A stretch of DNA of 64,000 nucleotides, taken from Chloroflexaceae bacterium. Lineage in GTDB: Bacteria; Chloroflexota; Chloroflexia; Chloroflexales; Chloroflexaceae. The stretch's first letter is position 1; each line of letters starts with the position of its first letter. Location: assembly GCA_028282325.1 (NCBI GenBank), contig JANQID010000050.1, forward strand, positions 1,820 through 65,819, given 5' to 3'. The position numbers and the translations under genes were made by a program. A model generated the notes under the pieces. That model was not told where the DNA came from. It saw nothing but the letters and a program-made list of their open reading frames with translations, and made no database searches. Below are positions 8,983 to 15,509 of this stretch, one piece after another.

Positions 8983-9861
8983 ATGCATATCGATTACTAT
9001 CCAGGGTGTACCATCAAAGCCTCCGCCGGGCAATATGAGACATCGGTCAGGGCCGTGCTCGCGACGCTCGGCATCCAGATGAAGGAGATGGAGCAGTGGA
9101 ACTGCTGCGGCGTGGTTCACTCGCTGGCCAGCGATAACCTCATTCGCCACATCGCGCCGATTCGAGTGTTCGCCCGCCTTCAGGAGCAGGGCGGCAGCGA
9201 AATGCTGACGCTTTGCGATATGTGTTACAACACGCTGTCGCAGGCGAATCACCTGGTGCGCCAGAACGCGCGCCAGCGCGAGTCAATCAATGATTTTATC
9301 GAAGCCGAGGAAGATTACGATGGCGAAATTCACGTGCTGCATCTCTTACAAATCCTCCGTGACCGGGTGGGCTATCAGACAATCAAAAAACATGTTCGGC
9401 GCGCATTGCAAGGTTTAACGGTTTTTCCTTACTATGGTTGCAAGCTGCTCAGGCCGGGAGGGATGGGCATTGATGATCCGGAAGCCCCGCGCGTGCTGCG
9501 TGACCTGATGCATACGCTGGGCGCTGCGGTGGCGGATGACCCGTTGCAAACGCAATGCTGCGGTTCGTATCATATCGTCAACCACGATGAGATTGTGTCG
9601 CGACGGGTGGGCAAAATCGCCGCCCGCGCGCTGGAACGCGGCGCCGATGTGATTGTTCTCTCGTGCCCGCTGTGCCATTTCAACCTCGATACCCGGCAGG
9701 CTCTGGTCGATTCGCCGCTGCCGGTGTTGTATTTTACCCAACTGATGGGCGTCGCTTTTGGCCTGGATCTGGATGTGCTCGGCCTGAACCAGCACCATAT
9801 CGATCCCTTGATGCTGCTCCAGCAGCGCGGCTTTGTCCAGGAGGAGGAAGCATTGGTATGA
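8983..9861 (+). CDS. hdrB: heterodisulfide reductase subunit B-like (two CCG domains)
   Basis: 292 aa with YYPGC...WNCCG and YYGC...CCGS...CPLCHFNLD, the duplicated CCG-domain signature. Confidence 0.9.
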   Translation: MHIDYYPGCTIKASAGQYETSVRAVLATLGIQMKEMEQWNCCGVVHSLASDNLIRHIAPIRVFARLQEQGGSEMLTLCDMCYNTLSQANHLVRQNARQRESINDFIEAEEDYDGEIHVLHLLQILRDRVGYQTIKKHVRRALQGLTVFPYYGCKLLRPGGMGIDDPEAPRVLRDLMHTLGAAVADDPLQTQCCGSYHIVNHDEIVSRRVGKIAARALERGADVIVLSCPLCHFNLDTRQALVDSPLPVLYFTQLMGVAFGLDLDVLGLNQHHIDPLMLLQQRGFVQEEEALV

Positions 9862-10637
9862 TCGATCAACCCAGGGAAATCAACATCCAATTGATGGGCA
9901 AGGATTATAAGGTTTCGAGCGGTCTCACGATTATTGCCGCGATCGAATACGCCGGGTATAAATTGGTGCGTGGCGCGGGATGTCGCGCCGGATTCTGCGG
10001 CGCTTGCCCGACGCTCTATCGCAGAGCTGGGAGCCACAAGCTCTACACGGCGTTGGCTTGCCAGACCCTCGCCGAAGATGGAATGTGCCTGGTTCAGGTA
10101 CCCTTTGTTCCGGTTGTGCGGCGCCCCTACGACATCGAAGAGGTCGCCCCATCCGCAAATATCATCCTGCAATACTATCCCGAAGTTGCCGCATGCGTCT
10201 CGTGCAACACCTGCACACGCGCCTGTCCGCAGGGCATCTCGGTGATGGACTACATTCAGACGGCGTTGCGCGGCGATATTGAACAAACCGCGCTGCTCTC
10301 GTTCGATTGCATCTCCTGCGGTATTTGTTCAAGTCGCTGCCCGGCGGACATCAAGCATTACCCGGTTGGGCAACTGGCCCGCCGCATCTACAGCAAGTAT
10401 CTGCTGCCCAGGTCGAGTCAACTGGCCGATCGGCTTGACGAAATGGAGACCGAGCAGTGCGAAGTCGAGGTCGAAACGATGATGCACCTTTCAACCGAAG
10501 AGCTACGCGCACGCTACGAGCAACGCTCCTTCGAGACCGTCGCCGGGCGCGATCAGAAGCACAGCGCCATCCAGAAATGGGGCACGGCGGTTGATCCGGT
10601 TGACTACCGCGATGAAGTCGAAGAAGTGGCGTATTAG
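9858..10637 (+). CDS. SdhB/FrdB/TfrB-N-like iron-sulfur protein ([2Fe-2S] + 2 cubane motifs)
   Basis: The ORF-track start at 9663 lies inside hdrB. The in-frame ATG 9858 forms an ATGA overlap with the hdrB stop. Motifs are CRAGFCGAC...C (plant-type 2Fe-2S, Cx4Cx2C), CVSCNTCTRACP and CISCGICSSRCP. Confidence 0.85.
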   Translation: MIDQPREINIQLMGKDYKVSSGLTIIAAIEYAGYKLVRGAGCRAGFCGACPTLYRRAGSHKLYTALACQTLAEDGMCLVQVPFVPVVRRPYDIEEVAPSANIILQYYPEVAACVSCNTCTRACPQGISVMDYIQTALRGDIEQTALLSFDCISCGICSSRCPADIKHYPVGQLARRIYSKYLLPRSSQLADRLDEMETEQCEVEVETMMHLSTEELRARYEQRSFETVAGRDQKHSAIQKWGTAVDPVDYRDEVEEVAY

Positions 10638-10646
10638 GGGGCGACT

Positions 10647-12296
10647 ATGAAACTTATCAGAGGCTATCCCGAATATATGCGCAAAAGCATCAAACAGGTT
10701 GAACGCACCCGCCCAAACCGGCTCGAGCAAAGCATTCCTCCAATGAGCCTTGATGAACGCAAAGCTCTGCTGACCAAGTTTCACCCGGATTTTCGCGAGG
10801 ACCAAAAGCGCGCGCTGGCATGCGGGCCGAGCAAGGGCATGCGCATTCATCGCGAATTGGCCGACCTGCTCGAAGCGCAGCCGCTCGTGACCTCAACCCT
10901 CGATCTCAACCAGATCGACTTTGACGTTGATGTGTTGATCATCGGCGGCGGCGGTGCCGGGACGGTGGCGGCGCTCTGGGCAATGAAAGAAGGCATCGAT
11001 CCCAAGCGCATCCTGATTGTCACCAAGCTGCGCCACGGCGACTCGAACTCGACGATGGCCCAGGGCGGGATTCAGGCTGCCGACCGCCCCAACGACTCGC
11101 CGGCGACGCACTATCTCGACGTGATTGGCGGCGGCCACTTCACCAACCGCGCCGATTTGGTCAAGGCGCTGGTGATGGATGCGCCGTCGATTATCGCCTG
11201 GCACGAGAGTCTGGGCATGATGTATGACAAAGACGCGGACGGTAACTTTGTCGAAAATCCTGGCGGCGGCACTTCGCGCAATCGAATGCACTCGGCGAAA
11301 GATTACACCGGCCTGGAAATCATGCGCGTTTTGCGCGACGAGGCTCGCAATGCCGGCATACCGGTGGTCGAGTTCGCCCCGGCTATCGAATTGCTGATGG
11401 ACGACCGGGGGCGCGTCGCGGGCGCGGTGTTGCTGAACCTGGAAACAAAGAAGTACCGCATTGTCAAAGCGCAGGCGACCATTTTGACGACCGGCGGGTT
11501 GGGGCGCCTGCATATGCAGCAGTTCCCGACGACCAACCACTATGGCGCAACCGGCGATGGCCTGGTGCTGGCCTATCGCGTCGGGGCGGAGTTGATCGAT
11601 CTGGACGCGATCCAATATCATCCGACCGGCGCAGCGTTTCCGGCTCAGATGGCGGGATTGTTGATTACCGAGAAGGTGCGCGGAATGGGCGCGCAGCCGG
11701 TGAACAAAGACGGTGAGTTGTTCGTTTTCCCGCTCGAACCGCGCGATGTTGAGTCGTCGGCGTTTATTCGCGAATGCTACGAACGCGAACTGGGCATCGA
11801 AACGCCGCAAGGTATGCGCGGCGTCTGGCTCGATTCGCCGATGGTTGATATGCTGCACGGGCCGGGCACGATCGAGGCGTCACTGCCGGCGATGTTCCGT
11901 ATGTATCAGCGCTTCGGCGTTGATATGACCCGCGATCCAATCCTGGTCTTTCCGACGTTGCACTATCAGAACGGAGGCGTTGTCGCCGATGAGCGCGGCG
12001 CGACCAACGTGCCGGGGTTGTATGTCGCCGGCGAGGTGATGGGCGGCATTCACGGGAAAAACCGCCTGATGGGCAACTCGCTGCTCGATTTCAACGTTTT
12101 TGGGCGTCGCGCTGGTATCGCCGCTGCGAACTACGCGCGACAGGCGATCGCCGGCAAGCTCTCGCTGGCCCACGTCGAGGAATACAAACGCCAGTTGCGC
12201 GATGCCGGTATCGATAATGATCACGCCGCGCCGCAAATTTTGCCCGAATATCGCGGCCAGGAAGCGCTGGAACGGATGCTGGACATTCCAATTTAG
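10647..12296 (+). CDS. FAD flavoprotein of the succinate dehydrogenase / fumarate reductase / L-aspartate oxidase superfamily
   Basis: 549 aa with DVLIIGGGGAGTVAAL, SNSTMAQGGIQAA (no His for covalent FAD), IQYHPTG, LITEKVRGMGA, HYQNGGV and GLYVAGEVMGGIHGKNRLMGNSLLDFNVFGRRAG. A roughly 90-aa N-terminal extension precedes the FAD motif. Confidence 0.85.
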   Translation: MKLIRGYPEYMRKSIKQVERTRPNRLEQSIPPMSLDERKALLTKFHPDFREDQKRALACGPSKGMRIHRELADLLEAQPLVTSTLDLNQIDFDVDVLIIGGGGAGTVAALWAMKEGIDPKRILIVTKLRHGDSNSTMAQGGIQAADRPNDSPATHYLDVIGGGHFTNRADLVKALVMDAPSIIAWHESLGMMYDKDADGNFVENPGGGTSRNRMHSAKDYTGLEIMRVLRDEARNAGIPVVEFAPAIELLMDDRGRVAGAVLLNLETKKYRIVKAQATILTTGGLGRLHMQQFPTTNHYGATGDGLVLAYRVGAELIDLDAIQYHPTGAAFPAQMAGLLITEKVRGMGAQPVNKDGELFVFPLEPRDVESSAFIRECYERELGIETPQGMRGVWLDSPMVDMLHGPGTIEASLPAMFRMYQRFGVDMTRDPILVFPTLHYQNGGVVADERGATNVPGLYVAGEVMGGIHGKNRLMGNSLLDFNVFGRRAGIAAANYARQAIAGKLSLAHVEEYKRQLRDAGIDNDHAAPQILPEYRGQEALERMLDIPI

Positions 12297-12299
12297 CAG

Positions 12300-12319
12300 G
12301 GGCGAAACCTCTTTCGCCC
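12300..12319 (+). terminator. GGGCGAAA-CCTC-TTTCGCCC hairpin, 4 nt after the flavoprotein stop
   Basis: 8-bp perfect stem. It is one of three copies of the GGCGAAA-NNNN-TTTCGCC motif in this window. No T-run follows, so terminator function is uncertain. Confidence 0.4.
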
Positions 12320-12388
12320 GCCATTGCGCCAGGGTCGAAGGAAGATGAGGCTATACGACGGACATTCGAGCGAATACGAGATGAGCTT

Positions 12389-12616
12389 ATGCATATGTTC
12401 ACAGTAACAATCAATGACAACTGGTGCAAAGGGTGCGAACTCTGCATTCTGTTCTGCCCGGTGAAGGCGCTGAAGCTATCGGAACACCTCAACAAACGCG
12501 GCATTCACCCGCCCGAAATGCTGCCGGTGAACACGTGCAACGGATGTCGCTTGTGCGAACTCGTCTGTCCTGATTTCGCGGTTACGGTAGAGGAGGGCGT
12601 CATCGTCAATGGATAG
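12389..12616 (+). CDS. korD: 2-oxoacid:ferredoxin oxidoreductase delta (ferredoxin-like) subunit
   Basis: 75 aa with CKGCELCILFCP and CNGCRLCELVCP. An alternative ATG lies at 12395. It overlaps korA by 8 nt. Confidence 0.85.
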   Translation: MHMFTVTINDNWCKGCELCILFCPVKALKLSEHLNKRGIHPPEMLPVNTCNGCRLCELVCPDFAVTVEEGVIVNG

Positions 12617-13772
12617 AAATCTGATTCGCAAAGCCCTGGGGGCAAAGGTGCAGTTTATTCAAGGCGATGAGGCATGCGCCTATGGTGCGCTCCTGGCCGG
12701 ATGCACCTTCTTCGGCGGCTACCCGATCACCCCTGCCACCGAAGTGGCCGAAGTGATGGCCCGGCTGCTGCCCAAAATCGGCGGCTGCTACATCCAGATG
12801 GAAGATGAAATCGCAAGCATTGCGGCGATCATCGGCGCAAGCTGGACCGGCGCCAAAACGATGACTTCGACTTCCGGGCCGGGCTTTTCGCTGATGCAGG
12901 AAAATCTGGGCTACGGGATTATGACCGAGACGCCCTGCGTGATTATCAACGTCCAGCGCTCCGGGCCATCGACCGGGCAGCCGACGCTCGGCGCCTACGG
13001 CGATATGATGCAGGCGCGCTGGGGCACCCACGGCGACCATGAAATCATTATGCTGTGCCCGGCGAATGTGCAGGAATCGCTCGACCTGACGATCACCGCG
13101 TTCAATTTCGCCGAACGCTATCGCACGCCGGTACTGGTATTCATCGATGGCGAGCTTGGTCATATGCGTGAGCGGGTGATTATTCCCGAAGACGACGAGA
13201 TCGCGATTGTCAATCGCACGATCAGCAACGTCTCTCCCGACGAATATGTCCCGTTCGGCGTAAATGGCGACCTGGTTCCCGCGTTTGCGCCATTTGGCGC
13301 TGGCTATCACACCTACGTCACCGGGCTGACCCACAACGAACAGGGGTTGCCCCGCGCATCGAGCGCGGAGGTGCATAACCGATTGGTGCGCCGTCTGGCC
13401 GATAAGATCCTGAACAACACCGATGACATTGTGTTGTATGAAGAGCTCGAAACCGACGACTGCGAGATTTTGCTCGTCAGCTATGGGATTACAGCCGGCG
13501 TCTGCCGGGACGTGGTCGCAACCGCGCGCCAGCGCGGCGTCAAAGTCGGTATGCTGCGGTTGATCACCATCTGGCCGTTCGCCGAAGAAGCCGTGGCCCG
13601 TCTGGCGCAACAGGTGCGCATGATGATTGTGTCGGAAATGAATATGGGCCAGATCATCCACCCTATTCGCGAAGCCGTGGCCGGTCGCTGCGATGTTCGG
13701 TTAATCTCGAAGATTGGCGGCGCTTTGCATATGCCGGCGGAAATTATGGAGGCTGTCGAACAATGGCGATGA
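12609..13772 (+). CDS. korA: 2-oxoglutarate/2-oxoacid:ferredoxin oxidoreductase alpha subunit
   Basis: 387 aa with GDEACAYGALLAGCTFFGGYPITPATE and TSTSGPGFSLMQENLGY, typical of OFOR alpha subunits. Confidence 0.9.
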   Translation: MDRNLIRKALGAKVQFIQGDEACAYGALLAGCTFFGGYPITPATEVAEVMARLLPKIGGCYIQMEDEIASIAAIIGASWTGAKTMTSTSGPGFSLMQENLGYGIMTETPCVIINVQRSGPSTGQPTLGAYGDMMQARWGTHGDHEIIMLCPANVQESLDLTITAFNFAERYRTPVLVFIDGELGHMRERVIIPEDDEIAIVNRTISNVSPDEYVPFGVNGDLVPAFAPFGAGYHTYVTGLTHNEQGLPRASSAEVHNRLVRRLADKILNNTDDIVLYEELETDDCEILLVSYGITAGVCRDVVATARQRGVKVGMLRLITIWPFAEEAVARLAQQVRMMIVSEMNMGQIIHPIREAVAGRCDVRLISKIGGALHMPAEIMEAVEQWR

Positions 13773-14617
13773 AGCAAGCCGAAGATCTGCGCGAAAAATA
13801 TCTGCGCCAGTCGATGTTTCCGACCATTTTCTGCGATGGATGCGGCATCGGCAATGTGTTGAACTACACGCTCTGGGCGATCGACGAGATAGAATTGGAC
13901 ATCGACCGCACGGTTTTTGTGTCAGGCATCGGCTGCTCATCGCGCCTGACTGGGTATGTGAATGCCGATGGCCTGCACACCACCCATGGGCGGGCGCTGG
14001 CCTTCGCCACCGGCGTGAAGGTTGCCAATCCTGACCTGACCGTGATCGTCTTCACCGGCGATGGCGATGGATCGGGCATCGGCGGCAACCACCTGCTGCA
14101 TACCATCCGGCGCAACATCGATATGACCGTCATTCTGGTGAACAACTACACCTACGGCATGACCGGCGGTCAGGTCGCGCCGACGACGCCGATGGGCAGT
14201 ATTACCACTACCACTCCCTATGGGAACTCCGAGTGGCCGTTAGATGTATGCGAGGTGGCGCGGGCGCTCGGCGCGCCTTACGTTGCACGCTGGCCGGTGA
14301 CGTTTCCCTATCAGCCGATCAAGTCGATTGAACAGGGCATTCGCAAGCGCGGGTTTGCCCTGATCGAGATGCTCGCGCCTTGCCCTACGGCCTATGGTCG
14401 GCGCAACAACCTTCGAGCGCTGGATCAAAGCTGGAAGTGGTACAAAGATCACTCGCTCCTCGTGGAAGAATACGAGCGGATCGAGCGCTTCGGAACCGAC
14501 GCCGAACGTGCAACGCTGCAAGGCAAGATCAAGGTCGGCGTTTTCCAGGACAGCGAGCGGGAGTGCTTCTCCGACCAATGGCGCGCGGTGGTGGAACGGG
14601 TGAAGCTGAAAGCGTGA
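13763..14617 (+). CDS. korB: 2-oxoacid:ferredoxin oxidoreductase beta (TPP-binding) subunit
   Basis: 284 aa with FCDGCGIG, GIGCSSR, FTGDGDGSGIGGNH and LVNNYTYGMTGGQ (TPP and FeS motifs). It overlaps korA by 10 nt. Confidence 0.9.
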   Translation: MAMKQAEDLREKYLRQSMFPTIFCDGCGIGNVLNYTLWAIDEIELDIDRTVFVSGIGCSSRLTGYVNADGLHTTHGRALAFATGVKVANPDLTVIVFTGDGDGSGIGGNHLLHTIRRNIDMTVILVNNYTYGMTGGQVAPTTPMGSITTTTPYGNSEWPLDVCEVARALGAPYVARWPVTFPYQPIKSIEQGIRKRGFALIEMLAPCPTAYGRRNNLRALDQSWKWYKDHSLLVEEYERIERFGTDAERATLQGKIKVGVFQDSERECFSDQWRAVVERVKLKA

Positions 14618-14680
14618 TGATGTCGGGGGAATAGCCCGCATCATCTTTATCATCATCTGGCGAGTAGCGAGAGTGAGCCT

Positions 14681-15259
14681 ATGCGTCAAGAAATCAGAAT
14701 TTGCGGCTTTGGCGGCCAGGGCGTGGTTACGGCGGCGGTTATTCTTGGTAAGGCGGCGGCGGTATTCGACAACCTCGTCGCTACGCAAACCCAGTCCTAT
14801 GGTCCGGAGGCGCGCGGCGGCGCAGCCAAAGCCGAGGTCGTGATCTCCGACGGGCCGATTGGCTTTCCGGCAGTTGTCGCTGCTGACGTGCTGGCGGCAA
14901 TGTCTCAAGAAGCCTTCAACAAATATAAACAGGATGTCAAAATCGATGGTGTCATCATCGTAGACCCCGACCTGGTGATCGATCATCACGCCGACCAGCC
15001 GATATATTGCGTTCCGGCAACCCGCATCGCCGAGGAGTTGGGCAACCCAATCGTCGCCAACATCGTAATGATCGGCGCTCTCACCGCTGTCGCCCATCCA
15101 GTGTCGTGGGATGCCATCCTCGCCTCAACGCTGGAAAGCGTCCCCGCGCGTTTCAAAGATCTGAACCAGCGCGCCCTGGAGACCGGATTTGAAGCCGGAC
15201 AGGCGGTAGCCTCAGGCAACGGGCGCGCTGCTGCTTCGGTAGATCGTGATTCACGCTGA
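14681..15259 (+). CDS. korC: 2-oxoacid:ferredoxin oxidoreductase gamma subunit
   Basis: 192 aa with IRICGFGGQGVVTAAVILG and QSYGPEARGGAAKAEV. The D-A-B-C gene order matches the oor/kor-type enzymes. Confidence 0.9.
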   Translation: MRQEIRICGFGGQGVVTAAVILGKAAAVFDNLVATQTQSYGPEARGGAAKAEVVISDGPIGFPAVVAADVLAAMSQEAFNKYKQDVKIDGVIIVDPDLVIDHHADQPIYCVPATRIAEELGNPIVANIVMIGALTAVAHPVSWDAILASTLESVPARFKDLNQRALETGFEAGQAVASGNGRAAASVDRDSR

Positions 15260-15509
15260 CGATTCTCTTATCCCATTCAATATTGCAGATATGAAGTCTC
15301 TACTTGCTGTTTAGCGCATCGCTGGCAGGAGGAATGCTGACGATGCGCGATGAGATTGTACAGTTTTACCTAATAGTAATGCCGCGTTAATTCTGATACA
15401 ACGTGCCTGTGCTACAATAGCTATCACCATACCGTATCTCGTTCTATATATCACAACTACGCATATACACAAGGGTATATGCTCATAGCCTGAGCAATGT
15501 GATAGCTGT

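Noticed and set aside
9663-9857. N-terminal 65 aa of ORF 9663-10637
   Set aside because: This part overlaps hdrB in another frame and is P/G/A/R-rich. The conserved FeS protein begins at ATG 9858, which forms an ATGA overlap with the hdrB stop.
10893-13661. Minus-strand ORFs 10893-11858 (321 aa) and 12606-13661 (351 aa) antisense to the flavoprotein and korA genes
   Set aside because: The same reasoning applies. The composition is biased, no domains are visible, and the sense-strand genes carry unambiguous cofactor-binding motifs.
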